The notes below the pieces were generated by a model. It worked only from the letters and a program-made list of their open reading frames with translations. It searched no databases and was not told where the DNA came from. DNA of 62,594 nucleotides, filler included, from Perkinsus olseni (taxonomy: Eukaryota), in the NCBI GenBank assembly GCA_013115125.1. It is 3 parts of 3 records of this genome, joined end to end, with 100 filler letters (N's around TTAATTAATTAA, not from the genome) between each part and the next. Parts side by side here need not be neighbours in the genome. Positions count along the whole stretch, not along the records: positions 41,815 to 62,594 come from JABANN010000570.1; 2 more parts are not named here. One strand, 5' to 3'. This document shows positions 47,170 through 59,511 of the stretch, piece after piece (positions within the stretch are counted from its first letter, which is position 1; every line of letters starts with the position of its first letter). Position numbers and translations under genes: made by a program.

Positions 47170-48919
47170 GCCAGGTCCCAGTAGAGGCCTACTCGATGCG
47201 AACCTGTATGGAGCGAGCAGGTGTGACTACTGACGAGGAAGCTGGCCTACGCATCGACACGAACGCCACAGCCGACCTTCCACACTTCATCGTCTTCAAA
47301 ACCCGACCGGCGGCAGCGACCTGCTATCACGGATGGGATCGCTGTAAGGCAACCCATGCTCACCCCGCGATGATGACGGCGACTGCCTCGTAGTGGGCTG
47401 GTGGCCAGGCTGGAGCGAAGCTGATGGACGGGCGAGCAGTGGGCCCTTCGACGGCATGTAGACCTCAGCGGTAGCAGCCATATGCTCACGGTAAGCCTGC
47501 ATCGGGTAGCAGCACAGCCATCGACTTCGCAGGGTGTCATCATTGCACACCTGAGAGTAGCTCTCCCCAACGCCCCTGCGCAGATGGGCTTGCCGACAGA
47601 CCCTGGGTGGTCGGAGGTTCTGAAGTCGAAGTCATCACAGAGGGGCCTTGGTGGAGACTTACAGCCTGAGGACGGGTCGTTCGGCCAGTGCTGGGTTGAA
47701 CGACGTTTAATAGTCGTAGCAGAGATTTTCCTCTATCACGAGCACTGAGAACCGAGACCATAAGGATCTTAGGTTGAAGCTTGGAGGATACGGAAGAGGC
47801 CAACCTACGTTGCCACGGTGCTCGCCGACGTTGAGGGCCGGGAACGAGCGGACTCGAGCGGCCTCCGTTCCCTCCTGCTTGTCTCCCTTGTACAGGTAGA
47901 GGTCGATGCCGGCCGCGATGTTGCTGGCAGCACTGAGGTCTTGTTGTGCACTGCTCGTTGATGCCTGTTAGACTTCTGCGACGGGCGGTCAGGCTGTGAG
48001 CTTCGACATGCCGCCTTCAGCCGAGCCAGATTAAACTCCATCCGCAAATACTCTACTCGGGGATCTTCTGACCCGCTTGGGTCCGCCGAATCAGGAGAGC
48101 ACCACATGAGCCATCGCGGTGATGACCGAAATGAAGAGGCCTAGGGAAGCCTCTTTCCGCTATGGCTTCGACGATGAGTTGAAAGCGATCCGGTCTGTAC
48201 CTCCCACTATGGTTGAACACAACAGCTGGTTGGTCCACTACAAAAAAGGTAAAGATATGGTACGTCGAGAGGGCCAGAAAGAAGCATAATGTTAGTAGCC
48301 ATGCTGATGGACGGCATCGTCGAAGATGCGGTCCTTAATGAAGTCTGCTACGTGCATCCAGGTCGTGGAGCTGATGACGGCACTGTAATGGCCGCAATGC
48401 CACAGGCAGACATCCGTGAAGGTGGACGAGTTGCGGAGTGGAGGGTGAGGGTTGGATGGGTCCCGAGAGACAATAAGATCAGTATCTGAGAAGGCCAGGA
48501 GTTGATCATGGTGGCTAGGTAACTCGCCTACCAGCAGCCCGTTTGCCAGTTGTCGAGGCGGTGACGCGGGTCTTGAGGGGGACGTGACTCGCCTGGGCAG
48601 GTCCTGAGAAAAACCCAACTGCTGGTCCCACTCCTGCGAGATTACCCCTACCCTCCCCTCCGTCGTCGACGACGACTTTACGGAGGCGAGTGCCGGAGAA
48701 GGCGTCCCACGCCGCATGCATGTGCATCCTGTGGAAGGACTTAGCCAGACCAGTCGGATCTGAGCCGAACGAGCTGATCGCATCATTACGACAGACCGCG
48801 AGGTTACCTATCCTGATATCATCGTCGTCATCAATCCCAGTTGCAGTGAGAGGTAGGCTCAGTTCGGCGAGCTTCTCCTCCCCGGGTATTGGTGGATGCC
48901 TGACAACGACTGGAGTCAT
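47170..48919 (-). CDS. Multi-exon hypothetical protein (3' end approximate)
   Basis: ATG-initiated ORF MTPVVVRHPPIPGEEKL... followed by further GT/AG-bounded Ser/Pro/Arg-rich open segments. No family recognised. Confidence 0.35.
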
Positions 48920-48940
48920 TTGAGCGTGGCCTCGAACTAT

Positions 48941-50928
48941 CTACTCCTCCTTCCAGTCTTCACCCCACACGGCTGTACAGAAAAGATGCCGAAGCCACAC
49001 CAAGACCAAAGCGAGGCTGCTGTACTCCGGCCTGGAGAAGGCGGAACTGCCAAAACAGTCTCCAATACTTCCGCGCCTCAACAATGAGACTACCTGTCTG
49101 AGGACCTCGAAATGGGGGAAGGGGATACCTCGGCAATACGGCGTAGGGGCCCTCTACTCCTGCTGGTGCTGCAACCTACGATAGTGGGCGTTGAGGGCTG
49201 CCGGGAAGAGACCCTTCTTACGATGATGATCATCGTGGATGTCCCTCAGTAATGTGCTGTGCTTCCGATGTAAGGAGAGATGCACCTGAAGGCAGCCGGG
49301 TGATGGATGGGTGAAGAAGGGGGGCTTACTCCGTGACGAAGCTCGGGGGGTATCAATGAAACCACCTTGGCACCATCGAAAGGCGAACAGATGCAGATGA
49401 CTCCACCGACGGGTACTGATAGAGGGAGCATGCTAGACATGGCATGGGTGGAGGAGGAGGCCTACCAGGATCTTCGTTCCCATCTTGAGCCAGCATCCAC
49501 CCCCGACGGGATCGGCAGTAGTCCTCACAAATAAGGCCCCCGAGACTGTGGCCGATGAGCACCTAGGAACAGATCACCTCGGATGTCCCACAATGACGCG
49601 GATCTGTCTTCACGCTAACGAATGATCGATGGACCTCGCCTTGCCTTCTCATCTTACGATGTTGTCACGCTTAGCATCGCCACCTAGGCCTCTGAGATGC
49701 TCATGAAGTATGGTTATATACCCATCAACGGTCTCTTCGGGTTGATGGTCGTTCTCGAGCCATCCTCCGGTGTGAAGGTTGATAGAGCTAGTGTGAATTC
49801 TGAGAGAACGCAAGGCGGACTCGAAGGGTGGCAGTGGAGAAGCACTTACCTCCGCTGGGTGGAATGGAGGAGACGAGGGAGGAGGATACGACCGACCATC
49901 CACTGGCTGTCGTTAAAGTCAAGACCGTGTACCTAGGAAAGGCAGCACCGATTACCGCCACCGCCGAAAGGGGATGTTAGATGTTACAAAAACTATGAAG
50001 GTTGTGCCTTCACTAGACTGCTGGTTGGACGATTCACCATTGGTCGTGGACGGCCAAGCACTGTGGTTGATGCTTGCCCTCTCTTTGCCGTGTGACCGAC
50101 TGAATAGGAGTATGCTCGCTGTTAGCGCCGTTGAAGTCCCACCTCAGAAGCACTCCGATGAGAGCGGTAGCCATGGCTGGGCAGACGGTGGAGAGTTCGG
50201 ACCAGATGGATGCAACGAGGCATATCTGAGAAGGAGGGTTAGGGAGGACGGTAACGGCTGAGTTGTAGTACCCAGGCGTTAGGTTGCCATTTTGGCACCC
50301 AGGACGGGGGATGCTTTTCCCAAGAGAAAGTTCGTTTGGGAAAGAGAAATAGTAGTGTGCCTGGCAGGGAGATGCTCCTAGTTGAGCGGGTTGAAGTGAG
50401 GGAACTACAGTGAAAACAAAGATGGCCCACTGGATGAAAGAGCCAAAGTAGGCCGAAAGAGGCGTCGCGGAGGCAGAGGGCGAGAAGCCCGGGGACGATG
50501 GCTGTGGTGAACTGATAAGAATCTGTATCTGAGGGTATGCTGGAGGCCTACTACCTGTACAGGAAGTAATGCCACTTGGGTCAGTAACCAGGAGGACACA
50601 CAGGCGATGGCAGCTGGGGCTCTGAAACCAAACGGTAGTGCGGAGCTCCACCCATCTCCCTCCCCCCTTACCCGCAGTATACGTATATTATGGTAGTGGC
50701 TGTGACACAGATTATGCTGGTAACTGAGGCCGCTCTTGTAAAAGGTGATACCCAGAATGGCATGAGCCACCAAGTGCCTGTATGAACTGTGCAAGAGGGA
50801 AGGGATATACTGTCAGTACCATAAGAGATAAGTAAGCCGCCCAGTACGCACGGCAGTACTCTCAGGAGACCACTCCCTCCATTGAAGAGAAGGCAGAATA
50901 GGAGGAAGACGGTCTCCATGACCCCCAT
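48941..50928 (-). CDS. Alpha/beta hydrolase (lipase/PGAP1-like) with hydrophobic N-terminus, multi-exon
   Basis: Spliced motifs FIVF|VHGLDFN (oxyanion region), NI|VLIGHSLGGL (GxSxG nucleophile elbow) and GVICICSPFDG. Ends approximate. Confidence 0.7.
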
Positions 50929-51860
50929 GGTTATAATAGAGTAATTGCTGACCGATGCAAATACATCATCTTCCGCCCACCGTCGGGGTACTACACCGTC
51001 TCGACAACTCCAGAGGAGTGGCGGCGACTCCCGCTGAACAACAATTCTGATGTGATAACTATGGTTGAATACTAGGCCTTCGCGACGAAGGGGCGGTGCA
51101 TACGCAGGCACGAAGTTATCGTGAAGTGAGGGACTACGCTCCGCTCGCTCCGCGATGAGGTGTGTGAAGCCACCTGCCCTATCTCATTCGGATCTGGCAT
51201 CTTCTATGTACTCGCGTCCTTGTTGACGACGCTGTGTGTCGACGTGCTGTCTTCATGAGCTGCGCGGCCGCCGGTCGTCACCCTCCTCGATAGCAGGACT
51301 ACAACGTAGGGAGCGGTGCGGGTTCGATCCTCCCTCTGCCTTCCTCTTCCTAAGTCGCTTCGTTCATCCCTCGGTCTGCCCGGAGCGGAGAATTCGCCGT
51401 GGTCCCACCCCCAGTCCCCATTACTACCAGCAAATGGCACGTCCCCGGCCGGCGGGCGACAATGCTCTCCCGTCACCGTGGACTCTCTCGCGTTTTCCAT
51501 CCTCGTCTTAGCGCTTCGACCCTCACCTGTTCGTATCGCAGTAACTTCTTGAGCCACTTGTGATTCAAAAACGGGGGAACGCGGAGGATTACGGAAAGAG
51601 ATGGTACCAAGTGCAAATCCGAATTACGGGAGAAGGCCCCCCTCCCAGAACCCGAGAGGGCATGCTGAGGCCCGATGGCTGTTGGACAAGCAGGAGAATG
51701 ATGCCGAAGGAAGAAGATTCGCCGTTCGTTCGCGTGAGTCCCAACGAGTTGGAAATCGTGACAGTTCCTCGGAGTTGAGGAATTTCAAGATTGGTGAAGA
51801 TTGCAAGTTCATTGCTCTCTTGTCGGCCGAAGTGTTGTCGTTGCTCCCCTTCCTGTAAGC

Positions 51861-52540
51861 ATGTCCACATCATCTGCTGAGTATCGGAGGGCCGTTGAGG
51901 AGGAACGTGAGCAAGAGGCGGTACAGAGCGCCCGGGCCGCGGCCAGTAGTACTCAGAAAAGTAGGCATCATGCGTCCTCGATTCTGACCCTCTCTGAGGG
52001 AATATCTAATCTGTGAAGCGTGGAAAGAATAATCCGGTTGTTGTGGAGACATGACGTCCCGCCCGCCTTACGTCCTCTCGTTACACCAGATCCGGTCACC
52101 TCCGGGGCAGCTTATCCTTGGTTAGGGACTGACAAGATGACCCCTAGTGAGATAGAGAAGCGTCGAGTGGAACGGAAGCATAAGGCGGAGAAGGCATACA
52201 TGTACTGGGGGAGGGCACTGCAGTGGATAGGGGAGGGAAGCGGTAGGCTGCTGCTGCTCAGGTTTACTCGTCTGACGGAGCAGTTCGCCTCAAAGACGCG
52301 GCCTTGTAGTGGACGTTAGGGTTTCTCTTCACGTACGTGGACGTGTGTGTTTCAGCCATCGCCAAGCAACGGCAGGAGCGTAAAGCTGCCAAGTCCCGGG
52401 GGTCGAGGGTTCGTTTGGTCGTACCGGCTGGGCAGAGTCGCAAAGAGGATTGGACGGAGGAGACTGTGGCGGGAGTCAGTGCCCAGTGGGAAGACTCAAA
52501 GCGGAGGGGTAGTAAGGCCAGGTCCCAGATACGATGGTAG
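51861..52540 (+). CDS. Hypothetical basic protein, multi-exon
   Basis: MSTSSAEYRRAVEEERE...|IRLLWRHDVPP...EKRRVERKHKAEKAYMYWG...; splice-compatible segments only. Confidence 0.4.
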
Positions 52541-52637
52541 CACCCGACAACGTTTCGGATGGTGATGGGCTTGTGTCGGGGATGGGAGAGAGATGGTATG
52601 GGCGGCGGTCGTTCTGGTTCGCTCCCTGTTTGAACTA

Positions 52638-55600
52638 ATGCCTCGAGGGTCCTCACGAAGAGACCGTCATTACAGGAGTCCATCTCCAAGGGGGAGGACG
52701 AGAGGGAATAGAGGAAGCGATAGAGACTCTAACTACCGGGATGATCATCGCAGGGACGACCGATCCCGAAGAGGTGGTAGTGGTGGGGCGGGAAAGGGTG
52801 CGTTTGTTGATCGAGAGGTGTCTGGTTCGAATCTCGTGTGCGGATCCAACTTCGGTTAAATTTTCGCCTTATTTGCCTAGTACAGGACGTGGGCCTTTAA
52901 CAGGTGCCGGAGGCCACAGGGGCCGCATGGCGAGTAGGTCGCGGTCTCGGTCACACGACAAGTCTCGGCTACACGAGAAGGCCCCACCACCGCCCCCTGC
53001 TGAAGAGGAGGAGCTGCCTCCTCCCGCTGCTGACGCCGTTGATGACGGGTCGGACGGTGAACTGCCGTTCCCATACAATCAGATGGGTAACAGCGGTGTT
53101 AGTGATGATGATGAGGATCCTCTGGGTTATGGAGATGATTCTCCGACCAGTGGCGGTCCTGAAGGGGAGGGCCAAGCTAAGGAGGGTATAGACGGGAGGA
53201 GGGGCGTTGCTGCTGGTGACGCCTTAGCCCTTCAGAGAACTCAGCGAGTAAGGCCGAGGACAACACCCCTTGGTGGCAGCGCTTCCATCCGGCTAAGCCG
53301 CCTCCGCCCAAACCGGAAGGCATGAATGATGACGATATGGCAGCTCAGTTCGGGTAGGGAGAAGCGTTTGGGGCCGGAAGACTGTGAGTTGGGTAGTAGG
53401 TATGGTGACGATGATGATGATCTCACTGCGGCCTTTGGGGGAGGACCTTCAACGACAGCGCCACCGTCGGTTACAGCAGCGACCTGGGGAAGTGCGCAGT
53501 AGGAAGATTCTTGGGGAGGAATCTTTGCTCTAGTCACGGACCTTTGATAGATACGCAGGACAGCAGCAGCCTTGGGGGCAGCCAGCTGGCCAGCCAGGGA
53601 ACCCAACGTAAGGAGGGTTAGGAAAGTATCCTTTATTTTGTATCTAGCAGGTTTCAACCTCGCCAGATGAATGCTCCCCTACCGCCGCAGTTCCCCCCAC
53701 CCCCACCAGTTGCCGGTAGTAAACTCCCAGCGGGAGGGGTGGCTCGACTGAGCGGATCTGATGTAGGTGCCGGAGGATATGGACAACAACAGCAGCCTCC
53801 ACCACCCCCTCCGAGAGCGCCGCCGCCTAGCACTCTGGTAGGGGCAATTTCGTGGCGCAGTGACGGATTATGTGACGATAATCAGATACTGAGTAACATT
53901 CCTTCGGACGTGTCTCTACCGGCGTTATTCCAGCATTGCCAGAAATACGGGTAGAGGGGGCTGTGGTGGTGGTAGGGCGATGGTGGTGTTGTTCAGGGAA
54001 GTGAGCGGGGTGCACTGCAAGCTCGAGGAAGGCAATGCTACTGTAGAGTTTACGTAATAATAATCCTGAGGTCCGGTGAGAACTGCGAGTTACGATTGTT
54101 TTGGTACGTTAGTAATCGGCAGTCGGCTATAGCGATGATGGCAGAGCCCGTTTTGGGTCACCCAGAGATTCAGGTAGGGGGAAGATGTTCCGTCACCAGG
54201 GTTCGAACCCGGGTCGAGCATCGCGTATCAGGTGAAATGGCAAGTCACCAACCTACCGGCTGGTGCGCCCTCAGTGATGCCCCAAATGAGCGGACCTGGA
54301 GGTATTAACGATCGGGGTCGAAGCTTGCTGTGGGGGGAAATAATGACGTCGTGCTGATGATGTTAGGTGCTTCTCCGGGTGGTGGGAGACAGGGCGGAGG
54401 GGGCCGAGGTGGGTATCGTGAAGGTGGAGGGAAGGGTAGTAGGGGTGAGGGTAGGGTGATGTGGATGGCTGCAGTTTAGGGTTCCGACAGCAACAGCCTC
54501 GGCATGCTGGTAATTTAGTATTGGAGAATGCTGAGCATCAGCATCAACGGGCGGTAGGTGGTGGTGGGTGGTGTCCTGATGGTTATGGATGGTGTCAGGC
54601 GAGGGAGGCTAAGCAAGCACAGGAGATGCAGCGGGTAGCAGTCCTGTCTAGGATGTCAGAAACTGTTAAACAGTTGCTGTCTAAGCTGACTGATGAGAAG
54701 TAGTACCAAGAGAAGGGGGAGGAGTGGTACTGTGTAGAGGGCTTTGAACGAGCGGGGGTTGACGAGGATGTTGGGGATGAGTTGGCTGTTGTTAGGACGT
54801 CAGAGGCACAGAGGGAGATGTATAAGAAGATGCTGGGTGAGTTGGGAGGAGAGGAGGTCGTGGGTTCGAGTCCTGGGGGTGGCATACTGTTCTCTGTCTC
54901 TATCAGAGAAAGTGAAGGAGCAAATGCATGCGCTGTCGGAGGACATGCAAAAGGAGAAGGCTGAGAAGGCTAAGGTAGGAGGGACGAGGTCTCGTGTTCA
55001 AATCCCGGTCGAGGTGTTTTGCCAGGAATTTTACCGGTCGTGCTTTCAGGCTCGCGATGCAGCCATTCGAGCACGGTATGCGGGCATGCAAGCGCTCCAG
55101 AAGAATCAGTCGAAGGAGGTACTGATAACTTGCTTATCTTGCACATCTTGCCATTCCTCAACGCTTTCAGTCTCAAGATCGGATGACATTGGACAATCGG
55201 CCAAGAGCAGTGCTACTGGAGGAGATGGACTCGGACTTTGATTCCGTCCCTGTTGTGATGGAGTATTTCAGGGTGAGTTGCGGGAAAGTTGGTATGGTGT
55301 AGCACGTATGCACACGATTTGCAGGTCCTTGACGTTAAGGGTGTTCGCGATTTCATCTGGAGGGAGGATAGTTGCATCGTACGGTTCGAGAGCCGTTGGG
55401 CCGCGGAGGAGTTTGTCAAACAGTCAACTAAATACCCCTTCAAATGGTAGTAGTACCAAGCAGGAGTGGAGGAGGCGCGGGGAATCATTGAGAATTTGAG
55501 ACGCTCCGAAAGGGTGATTTGATAAAGGCTGTCCTGACCGACCGTAGGATGGCCTGTCGAGTTGTCCGTGGAGAGCTGCTAGGCATGAATCGTGGTTCTG

Positions 55601-55957
55601 GATAGTTCCTATTTGGCCAACGAGACAGCTGATGCAGCGGCTAAGGTAACGGAGCCGACGCAGCCCCTGCCTCCGGAGGCTGGTGCTGTTATTGGAGCAG
55701 AAGTAGAAGGGGTGGGCACTAGGGAGGCGGCTGCTGTGGTAGTGTTGATGGCATCAGATTCCCGAGGACGACGAGCAGCCGGCTGTTGAGCAGCAGGGCG
55801 GAGGTGATCCGCAGCAAGACGATGAAGCACAACAGCAGGCTGAGGTGATGGAGGTCGGAGAGGACGAGGATCGACCGGTAGTGGTGGACGGGAGAGGGCA
55901 GTGGGGTTGAAGTGGTAGTGTGGTCAGGAGCATCCAGGTGTGTATGCAGAAGAGTAG
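52638..55957 (+). CDS. RBM26/RBM27-like RRM RNA-binding protein, multi-exon
   Basis: RS/RD-rich N-terminus and poly-Pro, then RRM1 (STL|ILSNIP...LFQHCQKYG|EV...ATVEF...EPVLGHPEIQ|VKW), a coiled coil, and LDNRPR leading into a degenerate RRM2. Confidence 0.7.
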
Positions 55958-56732
55958 TAGCGGCTTAGACGTAGTTCACGATCACAATCGTCGTCGTACC
56001 GAACTTGTAACTGAGATCCTTTCTATTTCTGTTATGCTTTTGTGTTGAAGTGCATGACTAGAGGGAGTGCTAGTCACGGTTTCCTGGTCGACTGCTGGCG
56101 TAGAGGCTCTTCGAGGTATTTAGGAGGGCTCATGCTGTGCTCACGGGGGCAATTGATGCCCTTCTTGTTTGCTTTGTGGCAACAGTGGACTCTGTTGTAG
56201 AAAGAGGGGACATGGATTTGGCGAAGGAGTGGTACGGGGCGGGTCCTTGACTTGATCTTAGTCGAGCTACCTTGGAGAGGGGAAAGGACTATTCTTCATC
56301 ACAACAGTGGTCCTTGACATGGTAGTGTAGTTTTTCTAATGCGGAGTAGTAGAGGCACAGCAGCAGGAGGAGGAGGGACGGCTCTGTCGCGGCAGTCGTC
56401 ACCATCATCATCAGTAGCGGACTCAGCCTCGAGTGAATGGATTTTGATGAGCTCCCGGACGAGGGAGAGGAAGGAAAAAAAGATGGAAAAAGCTGTTTTA
56501 ACGGGGTGGAAAATTCGGACCCAAAAAGAGCGGGAAATTTTCGAGGTACTTGTCGTCGTTGTTACTTCCCTATGGACAGCCCATGTGATGCTGAGGGCAG
56601 TGAGGATGACCTTCTCAGGCTTATCTGGAGTCCACTGATCTTAAGAAACTTCGAGTGCCGATTGATCGTTTGTTCGAGCGTGCGGTCCCCTCCGCTACCT
56701 CATCAGCCCTCTCTCGATCGTTTGATCGGTAT

Positions 56733-57051
56733 ATGACGGGTCCGGAGGGGAAGTGGCTGGAGGAGGTCAGGAAGGTGGCTAAGCTGGTACTACGGCTCTT
56801 CTGGGGTGCCTCATCTCCTCGACCCGTCCTCGTGCTTGACACGGGAGTGGTTGTCGTTCCTTCAGGAGTCTATCAAGTACTGTGATTACGGCAAGGAGCG
56901 GTTCATAGTATTGTTGGCACCGAGCAGCGTATCATTGGAGGATGGTCGACTGTGTTTGGAGGCCCACGCTTCCTATTACGACGTCCATAACCAAATGGCT
57001 GAGCTCGAACGGAAGGATCCGAGGTTGAAGCCGAGCGAATCCAAGAAATAA
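56733..57051 (+). CDS. Small two-exon hypothetical protein
   Basis: MTGPEGKWLEEVRKVAKL|ESIKYCDYGKERFIVLL...PSESKK*, with a phase-0 GT-AG intron. Confidence 0.3.
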
Positions 57052-57279
57052 GATTTCTTTTCCTGTGTCCTGTATAAGAGTAGATCTTACAGTCATTTGT
57101 AGCGAGTGAAAGGTTTGGTGGTGGCGGCTTGGGTTTCTAAATAATGGTATCCTCGAGCGTGCGGGAAGGTCTTCCGTTGCTGTTGAGAACGGGGATGCCT
57201 TGAGAGCTCTGTAGTGTCAGGGGGAGTGGGCGTGACTCGTAGCATCACTGCGTTTCCCTGGAGGTTTTGATTCTCTCGG

Positions 57280-59217
57280 ATGGTTGACCGGCAGAAGTTC
57301 TTGGAGGAGGTGGAGTCGATCAAGACCTTGTGTGCAGGGGAGAGGTACTCTGGAGGATGGAAGAGGCTGCTGGCGCTGGGGAAAATGCCGGAGGCGCGGA
57401 TCGAACCTGCGCGGATCATCTTGGAACAGCTTCGAGAACGGCTCCGTCATGACAGCGTGGATGAGTGGCACCTTCGAATGCTCAACGATGGTGGTAGGAA
57501 TCGAGCCTACCGGAGAGCGATAGTCAAAGCGATTCGGGACAGAGGGGAGGAAATCGATCACGTGATCGATGTTGGTTGCGGGACGGGTATACTGAGCTGT
57601 TACCTGGCAGAGTGCGCACCCCCGAAAACGAAAATAACGGCATGTGACTGTAGTTGGGCAATTTGCGAGGTGGCAAGGCGGGCGTGTGGCTCTCGAGTAG
57701 ATGTCGTGCAAGTTGATTCTGCCGATCTGGCGCTGGAGACGCCAGCGGACATGGTCGTAGCGGAGCTGATGGATTGTGCGTTGTTGGGGGAGGGGTTTGT
57801 GGACGTCGTGAAGGATTTGAGATCTCGAGGGCAGATGAAGGAAGAGGCCGTGGTGATTCCGGAGTGTGGTCGAGTCTTTGGTTGCGTTGTTGAGTCGGAG
57901 GCGATACGCGATCGAGGTTACTACTTCAGTGAGAGTGTTCGTCTGGAGGAGGCTTATGCAAGCGTGCACAAGAGTGAGGGGCTTCGATATAGGAAGCTGA
58001 CGGATACCTTTACGGTATGTACAGCTGACTTCAGGAGGGGGGAGATAGGGGGGCTTGGTCGGAGGGAGGTGGAGGTCCGGGAAGGAGGATTGTGTGCATG
58101 CGTGCTGGTGTGGTGGGAGGCCACGCTGTACGGTGATATTAGGATTGATAGCGTTGTCGACTGCGACTGGGATTATGCAGTGTTCCCGTGCCCTCCAAGG
58201 GAGGTTGAGAAGGGGCAGAAGATGGGCGTTAGAGTGTCGTGTGAGGACTCTAAGCTTTCCGTGACTTTTGATGGCTCTTATGTGACGGGGGCACCTGGGG
58301 TCTCCGAGTTCGATATTATGACCGCCAGTCGTATAAGAAGGGAGGGATATGCCGGGATTCGATCCGGAGGCCTTTCGAATGATGGTGTGGTGATTGATCT
58401 CACTGGAGTAGGTCACTCGGTCATTCCGTGTCTGCTCGCCAACGGCTGTCGGGGTCCATTTGTATCGTGGATGCCGAGGGAAGGCGACGGCCTGTGGTCC
58501 ATCTTGAGAGACCAACTTGAGCACTTCCGCATCTTCCCCGAGGACTTCGCCAAAAGTGTCCGAGTGGTCGAGGCGGACTCGCAACAAGAGTTCTTCGAAG
58601 AGGTCCTGCATGTCGGCATGCTGCAGCGGTACCACCTTGGGGAGGTCATCCGTCAACCGGTTCTCCCCTGGGGAGCAATTGATGCTGAATCGTTGAAGTT
58701 GGTATCGATGTTGAGCGAAAGAGTTGGTATCAGTCCGACGAGGGTGTTACACTGTAAGGGCTGCTGGACCACGAGCGCGGCAGTGAGGGCAGCATCGGAA
58801 GTGGAGGAGGGGACTGTGCCGGAGGCCATCAGGGATGAGGCCAATCGTGGGGAGCTGCTCAGAGTGGGAAGGTTGATGGACTTCCCATTGGAAGACCTGA
58901 ACACAGTGGGAGAGGCTGTGCCTTTGTTTATTATCGATTTCCTCAGTCGGGAGTTTCGCATGGAGGGTTGTTCAACTCGGGAGGAAGGCGGGTTTCTATT
59001 TGGCAGGATCCCGGTTCGAATCCCCGAGGGGGCTACGGGTTTGGTATTGCTGTACACCCCTTCGCCTCTGCCGAGTACTGGTCGCTGCGTGATTCCCTAC
59101 AGAGGGGTTGGTGGAGAAGGGGAAATCAGGATAACGTGCAGACCTGGGTCGGATCTTACCACGCTGACTTTGCCGTGGATCGAGCTTGTCAGCAGCAGTA
59201 GTCGGGACGGTTCATGA
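57280..59217 (+). CDS. Protein arginine methyltransferase, PRMT9/PRMT7-like, intronless
   Basis: WHLRMLND..RNRAYRRAI, VIDVGCGTGILS, double-E loop ELMDCALLGEG, and LVWWE; followed by a degenerate second methyltransferase module. Confidence 0.85.
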   Translation: MVDRQKFLEEVESIKTLCAGERYSGGWKRLLALGKMPEARIEPARIILEQLRERLRHDSVDEWHLRMLNDGGRNRAYRRAIVKAIRDRGEEIDHVIDVGCGTGILSCYLAECAPPKTKITACDCSWAICEVARRACGSRVDVVQVDSADLALETPADMVVAELMDCALLGEGFVDVVKDLRSRGQMKEEAVVIPECGRVFGCVVESEAIRDRGYYFSESVRLEEAYASVHKSEGLRYRKLTDTFTVCTADFRRGEIGGLGRREVEVREGGLCACVLVWWEATLYGDIRIDSVVDCDWDYAVFPCPPREVEKGQKMGVRVSCEDSKLSVTFDGSYVTGAPGVSEFDIMTASRIRREGYAGIRSGGLSNDGVVIDLTGVGHSVIPCLLANGCRGPFVSWMPREGDGLWSILRDQLEHFRIFPEDFAKSVRVVEADSQQEFFEEVLHVGMLQRYHLGEVIRQPVLPWGAIDAESLKLVSMLSERVGISPTRVLHCKGCWTTSAAVRAASEVEEGTVPEAIRDEANRGELLRVGRLMDFPLEDLNTVGEAVPLFIIDFLSREFRMEGCSTREEGGFLFGRIPVRIPEGATGLVLLYTPSPLPSTGRCVIPYRGVGGEGEIRITCRPGSDLTTLTLPWIELVSSSSRDGS

Positions 59218-59370
59218 AGGCCGACGTGCCTACCCCTGCTGACCCTAGGACGAGGAGCACGTGCCACCGGTGGGAGAGTGAGCTTGTTGTGGATCGAGTG
59301 GAGATCGTTTCCTAGGAAGCTGAGTTGTGTCCCAGCGATGTTTTTCTGGAAGCTTTCCTTATACATCGTT

Positions 59371-59455
59371 ACCGTAGCCATCTTGGCTGAAGGTAAATAT
59401 CAGGTCTGCTGGCTAGGCTGCAGCCGGAAGGTCCTAGCGATGTAACCGTTGCAGC
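59371..59455 (+). ncRNA. Spliced-leader (SL) RNA gene or SL-RNA-derived copy; SL exon 59371-59392, 3' end uncertain
   Basis: ACCGTAGCCATCTTGGCTGAAG matches the 22-nt Perkinsus SL as I recall it (ACCGTAGCCATCTTGGCTCAAG) at 21/22 positions. It is immediately followed by a GTAAAT splice donor. Confidence 0.75.
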
Positions 59456-59511
59456 ATTTCCCTCATTCTACACCCTACAGTGTTTGTATTATTTTTCCTT
59501 ACCATCCTTCC

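Noticed and set aside
49485-49494. CTGGCTCAAG (minus strand) as an SL relic; similarly TGGCTCAAG at 51548-51556
   Set aside because: Only 9-10 nt match. The first lies inside coding sequence (LAQD), and neither extends into the rest of the SL.
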